From assembly GCA_046483985.1 (NCBI GenBank), contig JAWOCD010000056.1:16711-80710 (forward strand): 64,000 nucleotides of DNA, written 5' to 3'. Source of the stretch: Promethearchaeia archaeon (lineage in GTDB: Archaea > Asgardarchaeota > Lokiarchaeia > Sigyniarchaeales > SOKP01). Positions 1-8,786 of the stretch are shown piece by piece (the first letter of the stretch is position 1; each line of letters starts with the position of its first letter). Under the pieces are notes generated by a model that saw only the letters and a program-made list of their open reading frames with translations, searched no databases and was not told the DNA's origin. The translations under genes and the position numbers were made by a program.

Positions 1-1179
1 GGCAATATCTGCTTTTGCTAAACATTGTTTAGCACTCGTAGCATACGTAATTTTATCGCCAATTAATTCATAGATTTCCTCCCGTGCGAACTCCGATGGA
101 TCATAGACCGAAATCTTCTTGGTTTCCTTCCGAAGAAGATCGTTAATGACGGTTATGGAAACCGATTCCCTGGTGTCTCCGGTATTCGGTTTAAATGCAA
201 GTCCCAGTAGGGCTACGGTTTTTCCTTCCAGAGAGGAGATGGACTCAACCAATTCTAAGCCATGCCGTTTTTGCCGGTCATTAACATTCAAGGTGGCTTT
301 TAGCATTTGTGCATTATAATCGACTTTTTTGGCTGCAGAAAGCAACGCTAGCACATCCTTAGGAAAACAGCTTCCCCCAAATCCAGGACCGGCTCTTAGA
401 TACATAGAGGAAATCCGTTTATCAACTCCTAGTGCTTTTGCCACATCTCCGACATTCACCCCGAATTCTTCGGCTAAATTCGCCATTTCATTGATAAAGG
501 AGACTTTCATTGCAAGGAAACTATTCTGGGCATACTTAATCAATTCAGCGGTTCGTAAATCCGTTTCAATAATGGGATGTCCTCTGGTTATCTCGAAATC
601 GCGATAATTTTTCTCTATGGTATTAATCGATTTCTGATCAACACCTCCAACCACAATTTTATCCGGATTAAGAATATCCTCGAGAGCATTTCCCTCTCGT
701 AAAAACTCCGGGCTCATACATAATCCAAAGTCTGCTCCTACCTTTTTTCCGGACTCTTGTTCCAAAATTGGGGCGACAACTCCATCTGTGGTACCTGGAA
801 TAACCGTAGATTTAACGCACACGGCTCGATACTCCCTATCTTCTCGAAGTGCCTTACCGATGGAATGAGCAGCACTACGCACTTGGGATAGATCGATATT
901 TCCCTCCTCGTCGCAGTAAGTGCCCACGCAAATAAAAATCGATTTGGTGTCAGCCCATCCTTCCATGATATCGGTACTTGCTGTGAGTAAATCCTTATCC
1001 ACAGCCGATCGAATAGCGTCGTCCATTCCGGGTTCATCAATGGGGCTTTTTCCTTTATTAATGGTCTCAACGATAGTTTCATCTAAATCTATACAAAACA
1101 CTTTCAGTCCCTTTTTCGTAAATCCAGCAGCGTATCCTAACCCCACATATCCAGTTCCTACGATTGTAATTGCGTTCAT
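1..1179 (-). CDS. UDP-glucose 6-dehydrogenase family nucleotide-sugar dehydrogenase (C-terminus runs off window)
   Basis: Absent from the ORF track because there is no stop inside the window. My own translation from the ATG at 1179 gives MNAITIVGTGYVGLGYAAGFTKKGLKVFCIDLDE... The frame is open for all 393 codons down to position 1. It has an N-terminal GxGxxG Rossmann motif and the catalytic-Cys motif GPGFGGSCFPKD. The track ORFs at 119-1195 are other frames of this gene. Confidence 0.85.
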   Translation of the reverse strand, partial: MNAITIVGTGYVGLGYAAGFTKKGLKVFCIDLDETIVETINKGKSPIDEPGMDDAIRSAVDKDLLTASTDIMEGWADTKSIFICVGTYCDEEGNIDLSQVRSAAHSIGKALREDREYRAVCVKSTVIPGTTDGVVAPILEQESGKKVGADFGLCMSPEFLREGNALEDILNPDKIVVGGVDQKSINTIEKNYRDFEITRGHPIIETDLRTAELIKYAQNSFLAMKVSFINEMANLAEEFGVNVGDVAKALGVDKRISSMYLRAGPGFGGSCFPKDVLALLSAAKKVDYNAQMLKATLNVNDRQKRHGLELVESISSLEGKTVALLGLAFKPNTGDTRESVSITVINDLLRKETKKISVYDPSEFAREEIYELIGDKITYATSAKQCLAKADIA

Positions 1180-1484
1180 ATATATCCTCTTTTAATTTTC
1201 TTTATCCAGTTGGAATTGAGAAAAATACATAACATAAAAAATTTTTCCCGTCCTCACGGTCTGATGGGTATATGCAAACTGATAAGTTATGGAGGATGTT
1301 CAAGAAAACTTTTTGTGCCATCTTTTTAATCTTTAGAGCAAAAGCCCAAATTCTTAATTTTTTTCAGTAATGCATCATTTTTTTCAATAATATTTCATAA
1401 TAAAATTTTTTAGAATTACCGTTTTATCTATTCTAAAGTAATTTTAAGGTTAAGAAATAATTACTATTGATTGAGTGAATAAGA

Positions 1485-2882
1485 TTGTCTGAAAAAGATA
1501 AGCAACTTCAAGATTGGTTACGACGTATAGAAGAAAGAGAGATTACAGTTGCCGTAATTGGCACGGGACGAATAGGTCTCCCAACTGCACTGATGATTTC
1601 AAATAAAGGATACAAGACTTACGGAGTGGATGTGGACAAAGAGCTCGTGGAAAAGATTAATCAAGGCGGTGGAGACCCTCCCATCCCTTTCGTACTCGAT
1701 GAACCAGATTTGCCAGAAGCCTTAAAGAAGGTAACTCAAAATGGGTTATTGCAAGCAACCACTGATTTTGAGCAATTTGTTTCAAAAGCGGATGTAGTCA
1801 TCACATGTATTCCAACCCCCGTGACCGACCAGAAAATTCCTGATTATTCGATTATTAATGATGTAATAAAAGATTTAGGAAAGTTAAAAGAGAACTTAAA
1901 GGGGAAAGTAATAATCGTTGAATCGACCGTAGGACCTCGTTACGTGGAATTTGATGCAATCCCCAAATTAGAAAATCTATCCGGATTAACCCTTAACAAA
2001 GACTTCTGGGTAGCTTCTTGTCCAGAACGGGCGAATCCTGGTAATATCATGGAAAATCTGGTGTCTATCCCCAGAATCGTGGGCGCGAGTAATGAATTTG
2101 CAAAAGAGATAGTCACCAATTTTTATGAATCGGTATTTAACGTAAAGATCATTCAAGTAAGCAATCCACGGACAGCAAATTCAGTAAAACTAATCGAAAA
2201 TATTTTTCGGGCTGTGAATATTGCATTTAGTAATGAGATTTCCCAATTAATGCGACGATTAAAAATTGATTATATGGAGGTCATTAAGGGTGCTAAGTCG
2301 AAGTATAATTTTCTCCCGCATTATCCTGGGCCAGGAGTTGGTGGACCGTGCCTACCCAGTAATCCTTATTATTTAATTAACGATGGGTATAAAGTATCAT
2401 TTACCCCTAATTTAGTCCGAATGGCAACTGAAATTAACCAGAGACAGCCTTCCCATGTGACTGAATTGATCTTTGAGGGGCTAAACGAGATTAATCAACC
2501 GATAGCAGGTACAAAAATCGCAGTATTGGGAATAAGTTACAAACCAAATGTAAAAGATGTGCAAATCTCTCCCGTGATTCCAATATTAGAAGATTTAAAG
2601 CATTATCAAGCTGACATTGGAGTTTATGACCCATTTTACAAGGAAGAAGAGATGTTTGGGTTACGCGTACAAGAAGATTACACCTTTATTAAAAATGGTT
2701 ATCCAATGGTGGTTCTCCATACGGATCATGATGTTTTTCACTCCGAAGAATTCAAAGATTTTCTGCAAGAATGCAATGATCTGGAAGTTATTATTGATTG
2801 TCATAATGTATTCAATTACGATGAACTTCCCCGGAATATCTACTATATTGGAGTAGGGCGTCCATTAAAGTATATTGAATAA
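1485..2882 (+). CDS. Nucleotide-sugar dehydrogenase (UDP-glucose/GDP-mannose/UDP-ManNAc dehydrogenase family)
   Basis: 465 aa. Has the Rossmann motif VAVIGTGRIGLP, the catalytic-Cys region GPGVGGPCLPSNPYY and the family-typical ISYKPNVKD. It is divergent from the neighbouring dehydrogenase gene. The TTG start is uncertain. Confidence 0.8.
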   Translation: MSEKDKQLQDWLRRIEEREITVAVIGTGRIGLPTALMISNKGYKTYGVDVDKELVEKINQGGGDPPIPFVLDEPDLPEALKKVTQNGLLQATTDFEQFVSKADVVITCIPTPVTDQKIPDYSIINDVIKDLGKLKENLKGKVIIVESTVGPRYVEFDAIPKLENLSGLTLNKDFWVASCPERANPGNIMENLVSIPRIVGASNEFAKEIVTNFYESVFNVKIIQVSNPRTANSVKLIENIFRAVNIAFSNEISQLMRRLKIDYMEVIKGAKSKYNFLPHYPGPGVGGPCLPSNPYYLINDGYKVSFTPNLVRMATEINQRQPSHVTELIFEGLNEINQPIAGTKIAVLGISYKPNVKDVQISPVIPILEDLKHYQADIGVYDPFYKEEEMFGLRVQEDYTFIKNGYPMVVLHTDHDVFHSEEFKDFLQECNDLEVIIDCHNVFNYDELPRNIYYIGVGRPLKYIE

Positions 2883-2994
2883 TTTTCTACATCGCTTTTT
2901 GATTACTTTCTTCTCTCTCAAATTTTTACTCACTAACTCTTAGTTTATCTTATATTAAACAAATCTTTAAAAAGCCAAAGCAAATCTTTACTAT

Positions 2995-3738
2995 ATGAAG
3001 AAAGAGAAATACGGATATACCTTTCAACAAAAATCCAAATATACCCGGGATAATTTACCACGTCATCAACTAGATTGGGTAAACAAACCCGATACTTATA
3101 AACAATATCCAGACGCATCTAAGAAAATCGAGCTTCCACCCCCCAAATATCAAAACAATACTGATTTCTGGCAAGTAATTATTCACAGGCATTCAGTTAG
3201 AAACTTTAGCCAAGATCCCATCACCCTCATGGAATTAAGTGTCTTATTGTTTGGGATGTCTGGCGTTACAAGGAGGTCTCAGCATTCCGACTATCGAACA
3301 GTCCCCAGTGCGGGCGCATTATATCCTATTGAAACATATCCGGTCATTAATAATGTGGAAAATACAGAAAACGGAATTTACCACTATAATATTCTCGAGC
3401 ATTCGCTAGAATTTTTAGAACAAGGGGATTTCCGGAAACAGATGGCAAACGGATGTTTAGGACAGCAAATCGCATATAAGTCTGCAGTTAATTTCATTTG
3501 GACGGCGGTGATTTCACGATCGAGGTGGAAATATCTTCAAAGATGCTACCGTTATATCTATTTGGATTGCGGACATATTGGACAGAACTTTTACTTGGTG
3601 GCTGAGGGTTTAGATTTAGGTGCGTGTACCATTGGTGCCATTTTCGATGATGAATTAAACAAGTTGTTAAAAATTGATGGAGAAGAAGAAACGGCAATAT
3701 ATGTAGGAGTGGTAGGAAAAAAAGTAAAAAAGAGTTAG
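2995..3738 (+). CDS. SagB/ThcOx-type nitroreductase-family dehydrogenase
   Basis: 247 aa. Has the nitroreductase-fold signatures HSVRNFS and PSAGALYPIETY, and a C-terminal GxxxIGAIFDDE-like region typical of SagB-type proteins. Confidence 0.7.
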   Translation: MKKEKYGYTFQQKSKYTRDNLPRHQLDWVNKPDTYKQYPDASKKIELPPPKYQNNTDFWQVIIHRHSVRNFSQDPITLMELSVLLFGMSGVTRRSQHSDYRTVPSAGALYPIETYPVINNVENTENGIYHYNILEHSLEFLEQGDFRKQMANGCLGQQIAYKSAVNFIWTAVISRSRWKYLQRCYRYIYLDCGHIGQNFYLVAEGLDLGACTIGAIFDDELNKLLKIDGEEETAIYVGVVGKKVKKS

Positions 3739-3746
3739 ATAAAAAT

Positions 3747-4166
3747 TTAGAGTTTTCTCGATATTCGGGAAAGGGGATGACCCTTTGCTTTCATTTCTAA
3801 TTCATTAAACCATCCAAACGGGGGCCTCAATACTTGATAATCATGCATTTTAAGTTCTCGCTCCAACTTTTTTAACGCTTTCAATGCAAATTTCGGTGAG
3901 CTTAAATTAGCAAAAAGATGGGCAAAAGAGAGTACCACAATATTCTTAACGGCTAACTGCTTGGAAATTTTACGTATCTCTTCAAATGCTTTTTTTAGAT
4001 ACTTCTGATCAGATTCATCTTTCTTTTCAACGGAGATAAATAAGACAAGTACATTTTCTAGGCGTCCAGATTTATTATCCTCTGTTAGCTTCTCAATAAG
4101 GGGAGAACGACTTTTTTTAGTGGTAATATACTCAAAGAAATCACAATGAAATGATAAAAATCTCAT
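3747..4166 (-). CDS. Free-standing archaeal ThrRS editing domain (tRNA-Thr-ED / DTD2-like fold)
   Basis: 139 aa. Collinear with the N-terminal editing domain of Pyrococcus ThrRS as I remember it. Shared segments are MR.L..H.D..EY, VLV.FISVEK, the FAHL motif and a C-terminal KGHPLS..SR. No synthetase core is attached. Confidence 0.65.
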   Translation of the reverse strand: MRFLSFHCDFFEYITTKKSRSPLIEKLTEDNKSGRLENVLVLFISVEKKDESDQKYLKKAFEEIRKISKQLAVKNIVVLSFAHLFANLSSPKFALKALKKLERELKMHDYQVLRPPFGWFNELEMKAKGHPLSRISRKL

Positions 4167-4275
4167 AGAGTGGATAAATCATCAAGAATATTTATAAATT
4201 TAGAGTTCATTTTATTGATTGAAAGATTTATTAATTTTAAATGTCTTATAATGCAAAGCGAATCTCATTAGGATT

Positions 4276-5010
4276 ATGGAAAATAATGAAGAATGGTTTC
4301 AAAAAGTTAAAGAAAATAGAGATCCTACGGATATAAATAATTTTATCATTCACCTTTCCGAAGAAGTTAAAAAAGAGCATCTTTCTTATGTTAAATATTT
4401 AGTTGAAAATTTATCCGAAAAAAAATTAAAAAAAATTAATATCAATCTCGTCTTCTTAATCGGAGAATTAATAAAGGAAGGTTATGGAGATGAGCAACTT
4501 ATGGATTATCTTTTTAACTCATATTATAAATCAGACGTGTGGATTAGACGAGAAATCTTAAAATCTATATGTAAGATCGGTGAAGCAGAGGGGCTTTCAA
4601 AAATTTGGCGTCCACTTTTACAATCTGCCCTACGGGAAAATGATATGGAAATTAGACAAACCGCGATTGAGGCAATGACCTATTTAAATATATTGACCCC
4701 AAAGCTATTTAAGAGTTTCTTGTATGCAATCAATCAAGCAACTCAAGAAGAAACAGAACAAATTAGCGATGTTCTTTCTCAACATATACCGACCAATGAT
4801 AAATTATTTGCCTTACTGGATAAAAATCAAAACTATAAGGTCCTTGATAAAAAGGGAATTCGAACACTATTGATGACATTTTTTGAGTCGGTAATTAACT
4901 TAGAACCATTCCGTAAAAAAGTGGAAAAAGCAGAATGGGAAAAAAAGGGGAAACAAAAAGTCATAAATGAAATAGATGTAATGGAAAAAATTTTATTACA
5001 AAATATTTAA
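4276..5010 (+). CDS. Hypothetical all-alpha protein, HEAT/ARM-like repeats
   Basis: 244 aa. Has repeat-like segments DVWIRREILKSICKIGE and ENDMEIRQTAIEAMTYL that resemble HEAT repeats. The 3' end overlaps the convergent ATPase gene by 4 nt. Confidence 0.35.
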   Translation: MENNEEWFQKVKENRDPTDINNFIIHLSEEVKKEHLSYVKYLVENLSEKKLKKININLVFLIGELIKEGYGDEQLMDYLFNSYYKSDVWIRREILKSICKIGEAEGLSKIWRPLLQSALRENDMEIRQTAIEAMTYLNILTPKLFKSFLYAINQATQEETEQISDVLSQHIPTNDKLFALLDKNQNYKVLDKKGIRTLLMTFFESVINLEPFRKKVEKAEWEKKGKQKVINEIDVMEKILLQNI

Positions 5011-6239
5011 TTCTTTAACCGTTCCTTAAATCTTTTGAGAACGGTACTGATATCTTCTTCAGCGTAAAGGATGTCATTAAATAATTGGATTAATAATTTT
5101 ATAATTTTACGTGGATTGCCGTTCGCCTCATAAAAAATATTTTTTAGGAGCTGTTTTGTGACTGGATAGTAAGGAGGGAGAGATCTAATAAAAGCGGGTG
5201 AAAAATCGAGATTTCGTAAAAATAAATTCATTTTCTGTTGATAAAATTCATAGATATCATGCTCTTCGAAGTTCGGCAAATAATAGGGGTTTTTCAAAGT
5301 TATTAGTAAACTTCGGTTCCTTTTTTCTATAATCTCTAAAATTTCATCAAATTTATCCAGAGAATTCAGACTAATGACCAGGGAAAGTCCGTCTATTTTA
5401 TGTAAATTAAAAAAAACATCTAATACATTATCAGAATCAAGCGTATCGGACTGACCCTTATCTTCATCATAAAACCAGCTTGGATCATAAATCTGAGACT
5501 TTCGTTGGGATGAAGGTTCCAAAATTGAGAGAATAGCTTCAAAATTATCAATGAATAACAATGTCTCTTCTTCAGAATGCTCAATTAATAACTTTAACAT
5601 AGTATAAGCATTATTTTCATCTTTTAAATCTTTGGAAAACCCCAATCGTGAAAGATCCCTCATGTCCATTAATTCTCCAAGAAGCCAATTTTCCGCCTCA
5701 ATTTTTTTGTAGGGATCCAATTGATGTGCAGTAATTGCATTAATCCCATCGATTAAGGATACCTTATTATCAAATTTTTTCTTCAAGGCATTGAACATAT
5801 TTTCCCGCACTTTTTCAATATCGACAACATTAAAAAATCCAAACTTCTTACTCTGACCTCCGTATTTTTGTATAATTTCATTAGTTATCGCTCTTAAGTT
5901 TTCTACGCCGATATTTTCAATATATTCTGAATAGATATTATAGTAAAATTTGTTCCGAATATTTTCAAAGGAGATATAAAAACTATGGTAATCCGGTAGT
6001 TTCATTTTCAGTGTCCAGTAGGTATGCGTTTTTCCAGCACCAACCCTTCCAATAAGAGGAAGAACACAGTTTCTGCTTTCCTTAATTGTATCGACCATAT
6101 TTTCTAAAAGCTCTTTTCGAGAAGAGACAATATCCAACTCTTCTTTTATTTCTCCCGTTGATACGAATCGCTTAAAGGGATTAATCCCGATTTTCAAAAC
6201 ATTCAATAATTTGGCTTTCTTATTTTCGAACAAGAGCAT
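5007..6239 (-). CDS. P-loop NTPase, AAA+/ORC-Cdc6-like ATPase of unknown function
   Basis: 410 aa. Has Walker A GRVGAGKTH and a Walker-B-like TLLFIDNFE. The C-terminal ANGNPRKIIKLL resembles the sensor-2/lid motif of Cdc6-type AAA+ proteins. Confidence 0.55.
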   Translation of the reverse strand: MLLFENKKAKLLNVLKIGINPFKRFVSTGEIKEELDIVSSRKELLENMVDTIKESRNCVLPLIGRVGAGKTHTYWTLKMKLPDYHSFYISFENIRNKFYYNIYSEYIENIGVENLRAITNEIIQKYGGQSKKFGFFNVVDIEKVRENMFNALKKKFDNKVSLIDGINAITAHQLDPYKKIEAENWLLGELMDMRDLSRLGFSKDLKDENNAYTMLKLLIEHSEEETLLFIDNFEAILSILEPSSQRKSQIYDPSWFYDEDKGQSDTLDSDNVLDVFFNLHKIDGLSLVISLNSLDKFDEILEIIEKRNRSLLITLKNPYYLPNFEEHDIYEFYQQKMNLFLRNLDFSPAFIRSLPPYYPVTKQLLKNIFYEANGNPRKIIKLLIQLFNDILYAEEDISTVLKRFKERLKN

Positions 6240-6630
6240 ATATTACTTAAGAGAGAGTTTTGAAATTTATATTTTACTTTTAAATTTTTTCAAAAATTTA
6301 AGCATCTTGCTGGAAAAACCCTCTCGATTTAATTTTGTTAATTATAGAAAAAAATATTCAATCTAAAAGAAGAGCGGCTTGACATGATTGACATAATCCA
6401 GAAATTCGATATTCCTGAAGGGAATGCTCATCTCTAAAATCTGTGATAGGTCTCTGAAATTTAACGCATTTTTCGCTTAAGGGTAATTGGATAGATTAAT
6501 GTCATGCAGCGTGAATATGAAACTCTAGAAGAAGGGAGTTGACCCTCAACTGATGATTTACTTCGACTCATATCTCAATATGTGAAGAAATAATTTAAAA
6601 AAAGCATGAGTTGTTACAGAAAATTAACTT

Positions 6631-7272
6631 TTACTCGTTAAGAGATTCTATCCCCAAAATAACAATATATTCGAGCACTTTATCATCTACATTAATATAC
6701 GGCTCATAAGAAACAGATATATTATCATCGTTATCTCTTCCGACAATTAAACAATCATAAAATACGGGATCACCTCTATGATCAACAACAAGCCGATCTG
6801 CGATACATATTCCCCGAAATATTAATGCAATTGGGTTTTTAAGAATCTCTCCCTTGAAAAAATCGAGATGATTTATGCCGTATTTATAATCATTGTAAAA
6901 AAGTCCTGCTGTATTGAGCAGATTAATAGTGTAGGGAAACGATTCCGAAAATTGCCCTTCATCATATTGTTCCATGATATCTTCAGGAATTTTTACGGAA
7001 TATTCTAACGGAATAGACCCTAGATCATCCCATCTAATGTCTCTCTTTCTTGAAAACGCAACCTTTTTCTTGGATTCTTCATCGAGTTTAAAACCAACTT
7101 GTAATCCCTCTGAGAGCTGAAAACCTTTTCTTTGTGAGATCCTTACATTATCTGAGAAAATAATTGAATTGTATTTATCTTTACATTTGGAAATAATAGA
7201 ACCTGAAAAATTTCCAAATTTTCTACTTTTTCCGACCGTATCAAACAAAGTAATATTATTCGGGGAGCTCAT
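6631..7272 (-). CDS. Hypothetical protein
   Basis: 213-aa ORF with no competing ORF and coding-like composition. I recognise no motif. Confidence 0.45.
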   Translation of the reverse strand: MSSPNNITLFDTVGKSRKFGNFSGSIISKCKDKYNSIIFSDNVRISQRKGFQLSEGLQVGFKLDEESKKKVAFSRKRDIRWDDLGSIPLEYSVKIPEDIMEQYDEGQFSESFPYTINLLNTAGLFYNDYKYGINHLDFFKGEILKNPIALIFRGICIADRLVVDHRGDPVFYDCLIVGRDNDDNISVSYEPYINVDDKVLEYIVILGIESLNE

Positions 7273-7507
7273 TGGTTTTGAATTGATGATATGATTTCTA
7301 TATAAAATAAATAAAAATTATGCTATTAATGTTTTAACTCTCTATAATATCTGAATATGTAATATATAAAGTATATAAAGCATTGATTTTCATAATTAAT
7401 AAATAAGGTTTTTATACTAATATTTTGTATATATTAAGAAAGAACATTCAGCAAATATTAAACGATATGAATTTATATTTTATTTTTGATTTATTTGGTG
7501 ATCTTAT

Positions 7508-8752
7508 ATGGATATTTCTTCATTAAATCAAGACCTTAGTCAATTAAAGAAAAATGAATTATTGGAAAGAGCCTCTCAGTTTATTTTCTCAACGGGTTTA
7601 GATGATAGCGCCTCTCGATTATGTCAAGCTAATATGAAATACGGGCTCGCCAAGTTTCAGATTATCCAACAGAAGTATGGACTAGAGCCTAAAGCCACTT
7701 TTATTGGCTCTCCCGATGAAACGGTTACCCGAAATACAATAAGATGGGGATCGGGTTTAGGATATGGAGGGCGTCTCAATTGGGGAAATGGGGATGAAAA
7801 GCTAATTTTCTTAAGCGTAAAGCCAAACTGTTGCGGAATTCTTGTAGGAGGGCTTCAAGAAGTTCCGGATCCTTATGAAATAATAAAAAAGATTGATAAA
7901 ATAAAGGATACGGATTTATATTATAAGGATATTTGTATAAACTGGGATTATGGAATAAGTAACCACTTTATTAATTGTTTTAAAACAAAATGTCTCTCAG
8001 ATGAGGATTTTCCTCCATATATGTTTATGATTCATGGTTCAGCTCCAGAATTTCGTGATGATAAATATGGTCTCGGACTGTATTTTGATAAATCAGAAAC
8101 CCTAAGAGAGCGAGCAATTAAAGAAAAGACTAAATTCGGGAGTGAATATATTTTAACGGATACAGACGCAAAAGATTATCTCGATTTTATACAACGGGCA
8201 ATTAAATTTTCAAATGTTAAACGGGAAATGATAGCAAACAATATTTTCGGGTACGATTATCAAATAATTTGTAACCAAGTGCACCAATTTCTCTCAGATT
8301 ACAATAATATGTATTTGGGAACCAATTGTACCGATTTGAATAATCCCGTAGTTGAGAAAAATATATTCCCTGTTGCGTTGAGAGCGGATATTGCAGCATA
8401 TCTATTTAGAGGGAAAAAGAATTTATCCAATTCCACTATTAATAATTTGAAGTTCAGAAAACGGGCTGAAAAATTGGGTCTATTGGACCTTCTGAAAAAT
8501 GCCCATATTCTCCCCCATGGCGGAGGGTATGTATTCCCTGATATTAAACGGGTTAGAGAAGTATTAGAATATAAAGACCAACGTTATTTTGTCTGTGAAT
8601 TGAAAAGAAAATCAAACAGGTTAAAGATTATAAGAAATGTTAGCGATATTCAATACCAATATAGAGGGCGCGATGTAGTTTTAAAAACACTTCAATTAGA
8701 TCTGGGTAAAATGCTTGGAAGATTAAAACCTATATTCTCCTTAAAATTGTAA
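7508..8752 (+). CDS. Divergent RtcB-like protein (possible RNA ligase family member)
   Basis: 414 aa. Has collinear matches to RtcB signature blocks recalled from memory. KPNCCG matches DINCG, GISNHFIN matches GSGNHFLE, MIHGSA matches VHTGSRG, and PHGGGY matches CHGAGR. The C-terminal RLKPIFSLK matches RMRPIGVAKG. The metal-binding Asp before the Cys appears substituted. Confidence 0.45.
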   Translation: MDISSLNQDLSQLKKNELLERASQFIFSTGLDDSASRLCQANMKYGLAKFQIIQQKYGLEPKATFIGSPDETVTRNTIRWGSGLGYGGRLNWGNGDEKLIFLSVKPNCCGILVGGLQEVPDPYEIIKKIDKIKDTDLYYKDICINWDYGISNHFINCFKTKCLSDEDFPPYMFMIHGSAPEFRDDKYGLGLYFDKSETLRERAIKEKTKFGSEYILTDTDAKDYLDFIQRAIKFSNVKREMIANNIFGYDYQIICNQVHQFLSDYNNMYLGTNCTDLNNPVVEKNIFPVALRADIAAYLFRGKKNLSNSTINNLKFRKRAEKLGLLDLLKNAHILPHGGGYVFPDIKRVREVLEYKDQRYFVCELKRKSNRLKIIRNVSDIQYQYRGRDVVLKTLQLDLGKMLGRLKPIFSLKL

Positions 8753-8786
8753 AAAAAAAGAACAAAAATTAAAAAGTAGAGAGACC

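Noticed and set aside
119-1195. Four short track ORFs (119-319, 329-607, 738-1082, 920-1195)
   Set aside because: They are alternative-frame or antisense shadows of a single 393-codon minus-strand UDP-glucose dehydrogenase reading frame that is open from 1179 to the window edge.
2995-3738. SagB-type dehydrogenase as marker of a thiazole/oxazole-modified peptide (TOMM) cluster
   Set aside because: No YcaO cyclodehydratase, E1-like partner or precursor-peptide-like small ORF is adjacent. The neighbours are sugar dehydrogenases and a ThrRS editing domain.
6537-6600. Hairpin agttga-ccc-tcaact followed by ctgatga as a C/D-box sRNA
   Set aside because: The TGATGA is present, but no D'/C'/D boxes follow at 12-nt guide spacing. 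It is probably just a hairpin in a long spacer.
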